DNA from: Spirochaetia bacterium
GTDB taxonomy: Bacteria; Spirochaetota; Spirochaetia; SZUA-6; Bin103
Length of the DNA stretch: 64,000 bases
Reading direction: 5' to 3'
NCBI GenBank assembly: GCA_965208575.1
Contig: CBDBOV010000004.1
Location: 1-64,000, forward strand
Position numbers and translations under genes: made by a program. The notes under the pieces were generated by a model. The model was given only the letters and a program-made list of their open reading frames with translations, ran no database searches and was not told where the DNA came from. Positions 41,323 through 50,934 of this stretch are shown in pieces. Position 1 is the first letter of the stretch, and every line of letters begins with the position of its first letter.

Positions 41323-42048
41323 GTGCAAGTAGGCATCTACGGCCTGGGACGCTTCGGGGTGTTCTGGGCCGCTCAGTTGGCGCGCCACCTGCCGGTGTGC
41401 GCATACTCGCGCCGCCTCCATCGCCCGCCAGCGGGCGTGCGCATGGTTTCCGAGCGGCAAGTGCTGGATAGTCCGGTCGTGATTCTGTGCGTCGCCATCT
41501 CCGCCTTCGAGGAGGTGGTCGACCGCATCGCTCCTCGCCTGAAACCGCGCACGCTGGTAATGGACACCTGTTCGATCAAGGGGATGGCGGCCCGCGTCAT
41601 GGAGCAGCGCCTGCCGCCCACCGTCCAGATACTCGCCACCCATCCCATGTTCGGCCCCGACTCGGCGCGCGGCGGCATCGCCGGCCTGCCGATGATCGTC
41701 TGTCCGGTGCGTATCTCCGCCGGCGGCCTGCAGGAGTGGCGTCACCGGTTCGCGGCGATGGGGCTGCGCGTGATGACGATGACCGCCGACGAGCACGACC
41801 GCGAGGCGGCGTTCACCCAGGGAATTGCCCACTACCTCGGCCGCGTGTTGGCGGAGATGGGACTGCATCGCTCCGAGATCGCTACCGTCGGCTACCAGAA
41901 GCTGCGCGAGATCGTGGAGCAGACCTGCAACGACTCGATGCAGCTGTTCGTCGACCTGCAACGCTACAATCCCTACACCGCCGAGATGCGCGCGCGGCTC
42001 GAAGATGCCTTGAGCAGCGTGCGCAGCCAGCTCGACGCGCGCTGCTGA
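41323..42048 (+). CDS. tyrA: prephenate/arogenate dehydrogenase
   Basis: GLGRFG, DTCSIK, THPMFGP, EHDR; GTG 41323 or ATG 41311 start. Confidence 0.88.
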   Translation: MQVGIYGLGRFGVFWAAQLARHLPVCAYSRRLHRPPAGVRMVSERQVLDSPVVILCVAISAFEEVVDRIAPRLKPRTLVMDTCSIKGMAARVMEQRLPPTVQILATHPMFGPDSARGGIAGLPMIVCPVRISAGGLQEWRHRFAAMGLRVMTMTADEHDREAAFTQGIAHYLGRVLAEMGLHRSEIATVGYQKLREIVEQTCNDSMQLFVDLQRYNPYTAEMRARLEDALSSVRSQLDARC

Positions 42049-42159
42049 CAAGCCGCGGCGGGCCCGGCATCGCACGCCCGCATGCAGCCGTGTTTCGCCA
42101 CCGGTTGCCCGGTACGGTTTACTTCGGCGCCCGCGCTGCCTTACATTCTCAGTCCACCC

Positions 42160-42232
42160 GGGCCGCTAGCTCAGTCGGTAGAGCAACAGCCTTTTAAGCT
42201 GTGGGTCGACGGTTCGAATCCGTCGCGGCTCA
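42160..42232 (+). tRNA. tRNA-Lys(TTT), CCA not encoded
   Basis: acceptor GGGCCGC/GCGGCTC, anticodon arm ACAGC-CTTTTAA-GCTGT, T arm GACGG-TTCGAAT-CCGTC. Confidence 0.96.
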
Positions 42233-42321
42233 ATCTGATAGGGGGCCGTCAGGTCAGGCTGGCTGGTACCACCTGGCGGGCGCGAAACAGGTTCGCTGGC
42301 CGTTCAGGCCGGGTCGGCACG

Positions 42322-42351
42322 CCTGGCCGCCGCCACGGGGCGGCGGCCAGG
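42322..42351. terminator. 13-bp GC hairpin between tRNA-Lys and convergent binding-protein gene
   Basis: CCTGGCCGCCGCC-ACGG-GGCGGCGGCCAGG. Confidence 0.7.
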
Positions 42352-42375
42352 GGCGAATCGCATAATGGGGAAGGG

Positions 42376-44415
42376 CTACTGCGCCGACTCCGGGATGAGA
42401 AACCAGGTGTCGGGCATGAACGGCATCAGCGGCGGCAGCGAGGCGAACACGCCCTTGTCCCGCTCCATGTTGGCGACCCGGTTGTTCAGAATCACCACGG
42501 TGGGCGGCATCGAAACCAGGCCGACGAAGTACTGGCCTTCGACGTTGCGGCGGATCAACTCGTTGCTCAGCTCCTGGTAGCGCTCGGTGCCGCGCTTCTC
42601 CAACCGCCACGCCTCCGCGACTTCCCAGATATCCTTGATGTCCTGAGGCGGCTCCATGCCCTCGGCGCCGTCGCTGTCGAGCCACTGCCGCCACGGTACC
42701 GACGACATGGCGCAGCAGCCTACCCAGTGCCAGGGCGGCACCAGGGTGATCGGCTCGGAGCGGCGCGCGCGGAACTCGGAGGTGGTGGCCGTTTCACCGA
42801 TCATCAGTTCCAGCTCGTTCGCCTGGGCGCGCTGGAAGCCGAGCTCTTCCGGGACGAACTTCGGCTCCATGCGAATCCCGACCCGCGCCCAGTGCTCCTT
42901 CACCAGGTCCATCAGGTCGCTCATCCAGCCGAACCACTCGGTGACCCACAGACCCTCGATCAGCAGCGGTTCACCGTCCGGGCGCAGCCGCCACTGCTCG
43001 TTGCTGTCCCACTCGAGGCCGATTTCGTCCAGCAGCGCGTTGGCGCGGTCCAGGTCGAACTCCGCGTAGTAGGTCGCGAACCAGTCCTCGAAACCGGTCC
43101 ACGAATTGGGCACCGGGGCGGTGTGCGGCCGGGTCAGCCCCAGGAACAACGTCTCCGACATGTCGTCCCGGTCTACCGCCAGCGACAGCGCCTGCCGGAA
43201 GCGGACGTCGTTGTACAGCTCGCGCAGCACGGGGTCCTTGTGGGTGTAGTTGAACACGAAGCCGGCGGCGAAGCCCTTGCGGTTGTTGTCGAACAGGCCC
43301 ACCGTGTAGCCGCCGGACTCCTCGTTGCGCTTGTAGATCGGATAGTCGGCGGTTTTCAGGCCCCACGTTGCCAGGTCCAGCTCGCCTGCCATCGCCCTGA
43401 TCGACACCAGGTCGGCGAGGTTCTCGACCTGCGCCGAGAACACGCCATCAATGTAGGGGAGCTGGTTGCCGGCGATGTCCACCTTCCAGAAGTAGGGGTT
43501 GCGCTCGTAGATCTTGGCATCCATGCGCACCGTCGCGGTGCGCCACGCCACCAGGACGGGGGTCTCCGGCTTGCGGGTCTTGGCGCTGCGGAAGCCATCG
43601 TACTCGGCCTGGATCGCCTCCCACCACTGGTCGTAGCCCTGGCTCTTGGCCAGGTCCTGGGCGCCGTCGTTGTGACGCGGATGCCACTGCTTCAGGTAGT
43701 GGGCGGGGGCGAACGGCCGCGACAGCGACCACTGGCTCAGGGCGCTGTGCGCCGGCACCGGGAAGGTGTAGCGAACCGTGAGCGGATCCACCACGTCCAT
43801 CTGCACCAGCGAACCGCCGATGCGGTACGCGCGCGGCGGCCGTTCGGTGACGTCGCTGTCCGCGATGATGTCTTGGTAATCGAAAACGAAGTCCTCCATG
43901 TCGAACGAGTCGCCGTCAGACCACTTCATGCCGCGGCGCAGGGTAAGCGTGAGGGTGGTGGCGTCGTCGGACAACTCCCATGCGCGAATGACGTTGGGGA
44001 CGATGTGCCGGGTATCGGGTCCGAACGTGGCGAGATACTGGGCAGCGCTCTCGATCGGGTTACCGATCTCGCCGGATACCGTCATCGCCTGAAAGGTGCC
44101 GCCGTACACGCCGATGGCGTCGCGCGGTCGGACCACCAGCACGTCCTGCGGCAGCCGCTCCTCGACCGGCGGCAGGTCGCCCTCGGCCACCCGCGCCGCG
44201 AGCAGCGGCGACTCGTTGAACTGGGCGATGGTGTTGCCGGTGGCCTGCTCGTACTCCGCCACCGACTGGTAGATGTGGTCGACGTACGGCTCGCCCTCCA
44301 CCGGCGTGCCGCCCTGCACTGCACCGCCCTCTTCCTCGCCGCTGGCGAACAGCGCAAGTGGTGCCGCGGCCAGCAGCATTGCCACAATGAGCGCCAAACT
44401 GAACCTGTCTTTCAT
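42376..44415 (-). CDS. ABC substrate-binding protein, family 5 (DppA/OppA-like)
   Basis: LFASGEEE signal end, LPPVEERLP, LRRGMKWSDG, GNQLPYID; AGGAGG RBS; possible internal promoter TTGCAA-N18-TAGAGT. Confidence 0.9.
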   Translation of the reverse strand: MKDRFSLALIVAMLLAAAPLALFASGEEEGGAVQGGTPVEGEPYVDHIYQSVAEYEQATGNTIAQFNESPLLAARVAEGDLPPVEERLPQDVLVVRPRDAIGVYGGTFQAMTVSGEIGNPIESAAQYLATFGPDTRHIVPNVIRAWELSDDATTLTLTLRRGMKWSDGDSFDMEDFVFDYQDIIADSDVTERPPRAYRIGGSLVQMDVVDPLTVRYTFPVPAHSALSQWSLSRPFAPAHYLKQWHPRHNDGAQDLAKSQGYDQWWEAIQAEYDGFRSAKTRKPETPVLVAWRTATVRMDAKIYERNPYFWKVDIAGNQLPYIDGVFSAQVENLADLVSIRAMAGELDLATWGLKTADYPIYKRNEESGGYTVGLFDNNRKGFAAGFVFNYTHKDPVLRELYNDVRFRQALSLAVDRDDMSETLFLGLTRPHTAPVPNSWTGFEDWFATYYAEFDLDRANALLDEIGLEWDSNEQWRLRPDGEPLLIEGLWVTEWFGWMSDLMDLVKEHWARVGIRMEPKFVPEELGFQRAQANELELMIGETATTSEFRARRSEPITLVPPWHWVGCCAMSSVPWRQWLDSDGAEGMEPPQDIKDIWEVAEAWRLEKRGTERYQELSNELIRRNVEGQYFVGLVSMPPTVVILNNRVANMERDKGVFASLPPLMPFMPDTWFLIPESAQ

Positions 44416-44488
44416 GGATCCTCCTATGATCTGACTGATCTGTATTCCCGGCCACTCTACAGGGGAGCCGGACACACTTGCAAAGGAG

Positions 44489-45670
44489 TTACTGCTTGTA
44501 GGGGTCGGCGGCGTCGCGCAGGCCGTCGCCGAGGAAGTTGAACGCCATCACCGTCACCACCACGAACAGCGCGGGGATCATCAACCAGGGGAAGATCACC
44601 ACGCTACGGATATTCTGCGCCTTCTGCAGCAGCACGCCCCAGCTCACCACCGGTGAGCGCAACCCCAGCCCCAGGAAGCTGAGCGCCGTTTCCGAGAGGA
44701 TCATTTCCGGCACTGCCAGCGTCAGGTTGACGATCAGGTAGCTGGCGAAGTTGGGCAGCAGGTGACGCCAGATGATCCTCGACTCGCGCATGCCGGCCAC
44801 GCGCGCGGCCGTGGTGAAGTCGAGCTCGCGCAACTCCAGCAGCTTGCCGCGTACCACCCGCGCCAGGCCGCCCCAGCGGACCAGGGAGAGAATGATGACG
44901 ATGCCGAAGTACACGCGCAGCACCGGCCAGTCCTGCGGCATCGCCGCCCCCAACGCCATCCACAGCGGGATGGTGGGAATGGAGATCAGGAACTCGATGA
45001 GCCGCTGAATGGCGGTGTCCACCGCGCCCCCGAAGTAGCCGGAGATGCCGCCGAGCACGATGCCGATCAGGAAGGTGATGGTTACGCCTACCAACCCGAT
45101 CGACAGGGACACCCGCGCCGCGTGCACGGTGCGTGAGAACAGGTCGCGGCCGATGCTCTCGGTCCCGAACAGCCACACGGCGCCGGGCGCCTCGGCGCCG
45201 AACAGGTGGATGTCGCTGGCAATCACGCCGAGCAGGCGGTACGGCTCGCCGCGCGCGAACAGCCGCACCGGGTAGCGCGCGCTCCTGTCCTCGGTGTAGA
45301 TCATCTCCAACGTCTCGGGATCGCGTTGCTTCGACACCCCGTACACGAAAGGCTGCAGACCGAAGCGCCCATCCTCGTCCACGAAGTGCAGCCGTGACGG
45401 CGGATGGTGCGGCCACTCCTGAAACCGCAGACCGGCGGGGTAGGGCGCCACGAACTCGGCGAAGATGGCGACGAAGTAGAACGCCGCGAGCACGCAGCCG
45501 CCGGTGATCGCCAGCCGATGGCGCCGGAACTTGCGCCAGATCAACTGCCACTGGGAGGCGACGTAATAGGCCTCCATCTCCCTGGTTTCGGCGCTCCCCG
45601 GCGCCTCCTCCACGACGGCGCCGGCACCTGCGCCGCCGGCGTGCGCCGACCGCCACGGCAGCCGGATCAT
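44489..45670 (-). CDS. ABC permease, DppC/OppC-like
   Basis: FGTESIGRDLFSR, ETALSFLGLG, GDGLRDAADP. Confidence 0.9.
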   Translation of the reverse strand: MIRLPWRSAHAGGAGAGAVVEEAPGSAETREMEAYYVASQWQLIWRKFRRHRLAITGGCVLAAFYFVAIFAEFVAPYPAGLRFQEWPHHPPSRLHFVDEDGRFGLQPFVYGVSKQRDPETLEMIYTEDRSARYPVRLFARGEPYRLLGVIASDIHLFGAEAPGAVWLFGTESIGRDLFSRTVHAARVSLSIGLVGVTITFLIGIVLGGISGYFGGAVDTAIQRLIEFLISIPTIPLWMALGAAMPQDWPVLRVYFGIVIILSLVRWGGLARVVRGKLLELRELDFTTAARVAGMRESRIIWRHLLPNFASYLIVNLTLAVPEMILSETALSFLGLGLRSPVVSWGVLLQKAQNIRSVVIFPWLMIPALFVVVTVMAFNFLGDGLRDAADPYKQ

Positions 45671-46659
45671 CGACTCGCCCTCGAGTACCGGATGCGCGGG
45701 TCCACCACCACCAGCAGCACGTCCGATACGAACGTGCCGACGAGGGTGAGGAAGTTGAGGAACAACAGCAGGCTCGAAGCCAGGAACATGTCCTGGAACT
45801 GCAGCGCACGGAACAGCAGCGGTCCCGTGGTGGGGAGTCCGAGCACCATGGCGGTGATCGTGGAGCCCGACACTATGGTCGGCAGCAGCCAGCCGATGGT
45901 GCTGACCAGCGGATTGATCGCCACCCGCACCGGGTACTTGAACAGCAGCCGGGTCTCCTGCACGCCCTTGGCGCGGCCGGTGATCACGTACTGCTTGGCC
46001 AGTTCGTCCAGCAGCGTGGCGCGCATCACCCGTATCAGCTCCGCGGTGCCGGCGGTCCCCACGATGATGATCGGCAGCGGCAGGTGCTTGAGCAGGTCCC
46101 AGACCCTGGCCACGCTCCAGGCCGCCTGGTTGAACTCGGGCGAGAACAGGCCGCCGACGCTGATGCCGAGACTGAAAAACGCCAGCATCAGAATCAGAGC
46201 CAGCAGGAAGTTCGGTGTGGCCAGGCCGATGAACCCGACCGACATGAAGAAGTAGTCGCCGACCGAGTATTGCCTGGTGGCCGAGTAGATCCCGATCGGG
46301 ATCGCCGTCACGTAGGTGAAGGTGAGGGTGAAGATCGAGATCGCGACGGTCAGCGCCAGTCGTTCGCCGATGATCTCCACCACCGGGCGGCTGAATTGAA
46401 AAGAGTAGCCGAAGTCCCCCTGCAGCGCGTTGCGGAGCCACTTGAGATACTGGGCGTGCAGCGGCTGGTCGAGCCCGTACCTGCGCCGCAGGTTGTGCAG
46501 CAACTCCTCGTTCACCTCTTCGCCGCGCTGCGCGAGCTGGGCCGCCAGGGTGGTCACGTAGTCGCCGGCCGGCAGTTGGATGATGAAGAACACGACCATG
46601 GTGAGGATCCAGAGCATGATCAACATGTAGAAGGCGCGGCGTGCGAGATAGTTGAGCAT
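45667..46659 (-). CDS. ABC permease, DppB/OppB-like
   Basis: YGLDQP, GDFGYS, YVITGRAKG, DPRIR. Confidence 0.9.
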   Translation of the reverse strand: MLNYLARRAFYMLIMLWILTMVVFFIIQLPAGDYVTTLAAQLAQRGEEVNEELLHNLRRRYGLDQPLHAQYLKWLRNALQGDFGYSFQFSRPVVEIIGERLALTVAISIFTLTFTYVTAIPIGIYSATRQYSVGDYFFMSVGFIGLATPNFLLALILMLAFFSLGISVGGLFSPEFNQAAWSVARVWDLLKHLPLPIIIVGTAGTAELIRVMRATLLDELAKQYVITGRAKGVQETRLLFKYPVRVAINPLVSTIGWLLPTIVSGSTITAMVLGLPTTGPLLFRALQFQDMFLASSLLLFLNFLTLVGTFVSDVLLVVVDPRIRYSRASR

Positions 46660-46886
46660 GGCGACCGGCGCTGATTCTCACCCGCACGGCGGGCCTGTGC
46701 AACCCGCCACCGACCGATCCGCCGAGTCGGAGCCGGCGTCAACCGCTCGGACCGCGGGCTTCCGCCGGCCTTGCCGGCCTTGCGCCGCCGCTTGCCGCGC
46801 ACCCGGCATCGCGATAGGCTGCGCAGCGGAATCCCGGTCCGGAGCGCCATGCCCGAGTTGCCCGGCCCGAGGTTTCATCGTCGTCC

Positions 46887-48089
46887 ATGCCACCGAGTGA
46901 ACGCGTGCTGCCGCTATCGAACTACACCGTGCTCGATCTCACCATCGCCCGCGCCGGGCCCACGGCCGTGCGGCTGCTCGCGGACTGGGGCGCCAACGTC
47001 ATCAAGATCGAGCCGCCGCCGGGACGCGGCCGCACGCCGGCCAAGGTCACCGGTGCGCGGCACGAACCCGACGAGCAGAACATGCATCGCAACAAGCGCG
47101 GCCTGACCATCGACCTGAAGAATCGGGACGGCAACCGGTTGTTCATGGAGCTGGTGAAGAAGGCGGACGTAGTGGCCGAGAACTTTCGCGCCGACGTCAA
47201 GCATCGCCTCGGCGTCGATTACGAATCGGTGCGCGAGGTGAACCCGAAGATCATCTACGCGAGCATCTCGGGATTCGGGCAGGCCGGTCCGTACCGCGAT
47301 CGTCCCGGCGTGGACCAGATCGTCCAGGGCACCTGCGGGCTGATGTCGGTGACCGGCCATCCGGGCCACGGGCCGGTGCGCGCCGGCATCGCGATCAGCG
47401 ACACCTCGGCCGGCATGTTTCTCGGCCAGGGCATTCTGCTTGCCCTGCTGCACCGCGAGCGGACCGGCGAAGGCCAGTGGGTGCACACCTCCCTGCTGGA
47501 GGCGATGCTGTGCAAGATCGACTTTCAGGGCGCCCGCTACACGATGACGGGCGACGTGCCGAAGCAGCAGGGCAACAATCATCCCGTGTACGTGCCGATG
47601 GGCACGTTCGAGTCGAAGGATGGACTGGTCAACCTCGCGGCGAACTCGCCGAAGATGTTCGCGAATCTGTGCAGGGCGACGGGCGCGGACCGCCTGCTCG
47701 ACATTCCCGCGTTTGCCGACGACCGGGGGCGCCGCAAGCACCGGGCGGCGCTCAACGAAGAGGTGAACCAGGTGACGCGCAAGTTCACGACGGCGGAACT
47801 GGTGGCGAAGCTGAACGCGGTCGGCGTTCCCTGCGGGCCGATCTACGACATCGGCGAGGCGTTCGAGGATCCGCAGGCCAGGCACCTGCGCATGACCCGG
47901 GTCGCGCACCACAAGGAGCTCGGCGACGTGGAGTTGATCCGCTCGCCGATCAACCTGTCGCTGTTCCCGCACGGCGGCGAGTTCCATCACGCGGCGCCCG
48001 ACCCGGGCGAGAACCGGACGGAGGTGCTGCGCGATTTCGGCTACGATGACAGTGAGATCGACCGGCTGATTGCGGCGGGAGCCGTTTGA
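46887..48089 (+). CDS. CaiB/BaiF class III CoA-transferase
   Basis: VLDL..AGP...LADWGA.VIKIE, RNKR, ENFR, ISGFGQ.GP, ISD catalytic Asp region. Confidence 0.92.
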   Translation: MPPSERVLPLSNYTVLDLTIARAGPTAVRLLADWGANVIKIEPPPGRGRTPAKVTGARHEPDEQNMHRNKRGLTIDLKNRDGNRLFMELVKKADVVAENFRADVKHRLGVDYESVREVNPKIIYASISGFGQAGPYRDRPGVDQIVQGTCGLMSVTGHPGHGPVRAGIAISDTSAGMFLGQGILLALLHRERTGEGQWVHTSLLEAMLCKIDFQGARYTMTGDVPKQQGNNHPVYVPMGTFESKDGLVNLAANSPKMFANLCRATGADRLLDIPAFADDRGRRKHRAALNEEVNQVTRKFTTAELVAKLNAVGVPCGPIYDIGEAFEDPQARHLRMTRVAHHKELGDVELIRSPINLSLFPHGGEFHHAAPDPGENRTEVLRDFGYDDSEIDRLIAAGAV

Positions 48090-48114
48090 GGTCGTTTAGG
48101 AAGGGAGACGTCCG

Positions 48115-48909
48115 ATGCAACTCAACACCGACAAGATGCTCGCCGAGGTGGACGGCGGCATCGGCTGGCTCACCTACAACAATCCCGCGCGCCACAACGC
48201 CGTCTCGCTGGAGATGTGGGAGGCGCAGGCCGCCGTGCTCGAATGCTTTCAGAACGACGACGACGTGCGTGTCGTGGTCCTGCGCGGGGCGGGCGGGAAG
48301 GCGTTCGTGTCGGGCGCCGACATCTCGGAGTTCGAATCCAAGCGCGCCACCGCCGAGCAGCGCGAGCACTACGCGAACGTATCGGGCGCGGCGGGTCGCT
48401 GGCTCGGCAAGCTCGACAAACCGTTGATCGCGATGATCCAGGGCTACTGCATCGGCGGCGGCCTGGCCACCGCGCTTTCCGCCGACGTGCGCATCGCCAC
48501 GCCCGGATCGAAGTTCGGCATCCCCGCCGCCAAGCTCGGGCTCGGCTACGAGTACGGCGGTGTCGCCGCCCTCGCGCGCCTGGTCGGACCGAGCGTGGCG
48601 CGCGACATCCTGTTCAGTGCGCGAATGCTCGACGCCGAAGAAGCGCTGCGCGTGGGCCTGGTCAATTTCATCGTCGACGACGACGCACTCGAAACGCGCG
48701 TGCGCGAGTACGCCGGCCTGGTCTCGGCCAACGCGCCGTTGACCGTCCGCCTGTGCAAGGCCGCCATCAACGAGTTCGAACGCAATCCCGGCGAGCGCGA
48801 CCTCGCCAGGCTCGAAGCGATGGTCACCGCCTGCTTCGACAGCGAAGACTACAAGGAAGGCCGCCGCGCCTTCATGGAAAAACGCCGCCCCAACTTCCGC
48901 GGCCTGTAA
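48115..48909 (+). CDS. enoyl-CoA hydratase/isomerase
   Basis: AFVSGADISEF, GYCIGGG, EGRRAFMEKR.P. Confidence 0.92.
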   Translation: MQLNTDKMLAEVDGGIGWLTYNNPARHNAVSLEMWEAQAAVLECFQNDDDVRVVVLRGAGGKAFVSGADISEFESKRATAEQREHYANVSGAAGRWLGKLDKPLIAMIQGYCIGGGLATALSADVRIATPGSKFGIPAAKLGLGYEYGGVAALARLVGPSVARDILFSARMLDAEEALRVGLVNFIVDDDALETRVREYAGLVSANAPLTVRLCKAAINEFERNPGERDLARLEAMVTACFDSEDYKEGRRAFMEKRRPNFRGL

Positions 48910-48970
48910 TCCGCCCACCGGCGCGAATTAGCTATCGCAATGTGACGAAAAATGCTACTTTGAAGGCGTC

Positions 48971-49771
48971 ATGTATGCGCCCACGGCTCCACGCGCCCGT
49001 GACTTTATCGCGGATCTGTCCGCTCGCGGCCGGTATCACTTTAGGTCGGCCGAGCTTCGTGCGGCCCTCGGCGTTTCGGCCGCGGCGGCACGACAGGCGC
49101 TGAGTCGCCTGGCCGCCAAGGGCGCGATCGCAAGCCCCGCGCGCGGGTTCTATGTCATCGTACCGCCGGAGTACCGCAGGATCGGTTGCCTGCCGGCGGA
49201 GCAGTTTGTCCCCGCGCTCATGGAGTTCCGAAGGGTGCGCTACTACGCTGCCCTGCTGTCCGCCGCACAATACCACGGCGCCGCGCATCATCGCCCGCAG
49301 GCGTTCCAGGTCATGCTCGGCCGGAACAGGCCCGCGATTTCCTGCGGCGCCGTCCGGGTATCGTTCGTCGCCCGTCGAAACGTGTGCGACGTCCCGGTTC
49401 GGACCTTCAATACGCCGCGCGGAACCGTACTGGTCTCCACTGTCGAGGCTACCGCGTTCGACCTCGTCGGATACATGCATCGCGCCGGCGGCGTGGATCG
49501 CGTGGCGGCGCTCCTCTCCGAACTCGACGAGGAGATGGACCCGGCTCGCCTCGTCGAGGCCGCGAAATCGGCGTCGACCCCGTGGGCGCAGCGACTGGGC
49601 TACCTGCTGGAACGGGTGGGAGCGGGGGACAAGGCCGAACTTCTCAAGGAGCACGTGCGAAATCAGGTGTGCAACTTCGCGAAACTCCTGCCGGCCGCGT
49701 CTGCCGACAACGTGCCGCGAAGCCGCGACTGGCGCTTGTACGTGAACGCCAACATCGAGACCGAACCGTGA
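48971..49771 (+). CDS. type IV TA antitoxin, AbiEi family
   Basis: N-terminal wHTH, GFYVIVPPEY, LSAAQYHGA, QRLGYLLE; GTGA overlap with toxin. Confidence 0.85.
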   Translation: MYAPTAPRARDFIADLSARGRYHFRSAELRAALGVSAAAARQALSRLAAKGAIASPARGFYVIVPPEYRRIGCLPAEQFVPALMEFRRVRYYAALLSAAQYHGAAHHRPQAFQVMLGRNRPAISCGAVRVSFVARRNVCDVPVRTFNTPRGTVLVSTVEATAFDLVGYMHRAGGVDRVAALLSELDEEMDPARLVEAAKSASTPWAQRLGYLLERVGAGDKAELLKEHVRNQVCNFAKLLPAASADNVPRSRDWRLYVNANIETEP

Positions 49772-50589
49772 TCCCGCGCGACTACATCACCGCGTGGCGA
49801 GCACGGGCACCGTGGATAGAAGATTTCCAGATCGAGCAGGATCTCGTCATCAGCCGTGCGATGGTCGAGATATTCTCCGAACCCTCGCTCGCCGAGGCAC
49901 TGGCCTTCCGGGGCGGCACGGCGCTCTACAAGCTCTACCTGACGCCACCGCCTCGCTACTCGGAGGACATCGATCTCGTGCAGGTCGCAGCGGGACCCGC
50001 CGGTCCCATGATGGACGCCGTGCGAAGCGTGCTCGATCCGTGGCTTGGCGGGGCGCGTTGGAAGCAGTCGAAAGGCCGGGTGACGTTCGATTACCGTTAC
50101 CTGTCCGAGCACGTGCCACCGATGCGGCTGCGTCTCAAGGTCGAGATCAATACCCGCGACCACTTGGCACTCTACGGCTATACGGGTCGTCCCTTCTCGG
50201 TGGAGTCGAGCTGGTACTCCGGGTCCGCGACCATCAACACCTTCGAACTCGACGAGTTGCTGGCGACGAAGCTCAGGGCGCTCTACCAACGAACGCAGGG
50301 CAGAGATCTGTTCGACTTGGCTACCGGACTCGGTGACGACCGGAGCGAGCCCAGGCGAATCGTGACCGCCTTCGGAGAATACATGAACCGCGCCGGCAGT
50401 TCGGTGACGCGCGCCATGTTCGAAAGGAACCTCGCGGCGAAGCTGAGGGATCCCCGGTTCAGCGCCGATCTGAGTGCACTCCTCACGCCGGGCTACCAGT
50501 GGCAGCCGGCGGAAGCGGCGCGAACTGTCTCCGAGCGCCTGATCCGGCTCCTTCCAGGCGATCGGTGGAAAGGTGGAGTGGTGGAGTGA
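49768..50589 (+). CDS. type IV TA toxin, AbiEii nucleotidyltransferase
   Basis: IEQD, FRGGTAL, RYSEDIDL, KVEIN, KLRAL.QR..GRDLFD. Confidence 0.88.
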   Translation: MIPRDYITAWRARAPWIEDFQIEQDLVISRAMVEIFSEPSLAEALAFRGGTALYKLYLTPPPRYSEDIDLVQVAAGPAGPMMDAVRSVLDPWLGGARWKQSKGRVTFDYRYLSEHVPPMRLRLKVEINTRDHLALYGYTGRPFSVESSWYSGSATINTFELDELLATKLRALYQRTQGRDLFDLATGLGDDRSEPRRIVTAFGEYMNRAGSSVTRAMFERNLAAKLRDPRFSADLSALLTPGYQWQPAEAARTVSERLIRLLPGDRWKGGVVE

Positions 50590-50733
50590 TCGAACAGAGC
50601 CCTCAAAAAGCAGGCGAACCGGATCCGTACGCTACGCAGTGCAACTCAGGCGAGAATCAGGACTGCCACCCGACGGTGGCCACCACGTCTTGAAAATAAG
50701 GGTTCACACCGGGTATCACAGCCGGTGTGCGCC

Positions 50734-50934
50734 ATGCGCGAACCGAGTTCTCTCACCATCCAGCATCAAGGTCCGGCTGCCATCCAGGAACCGCGCCCCC
50801 TTACCACCGACGAGATCCGCTTCTTTCGCTACACCGGCTTCCCAAAGCTGCCGTGGCGCCTGCCCGCCGAGTTGGTCGCGGCGATCAAGAAGCAGGCGGC
50901 TGACGAGATCGAGCGGGGGCGCGGCGCACTGTGA
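50734..50934 (+). pseudogene. N-terminal stub of a PhyH-family dioxygenase
   Basis: LTTDEIRFFRYTGF resembles PhyH N-termini; stops after 66 aa. Confidence 0.5.

Noticed and set aside
42233-42375. Prophage/ICE attachment site with integrase at tRNA-Lys
   Set aside because: No recombinase or phage genes and no duplicated tRNA end seen in the window.
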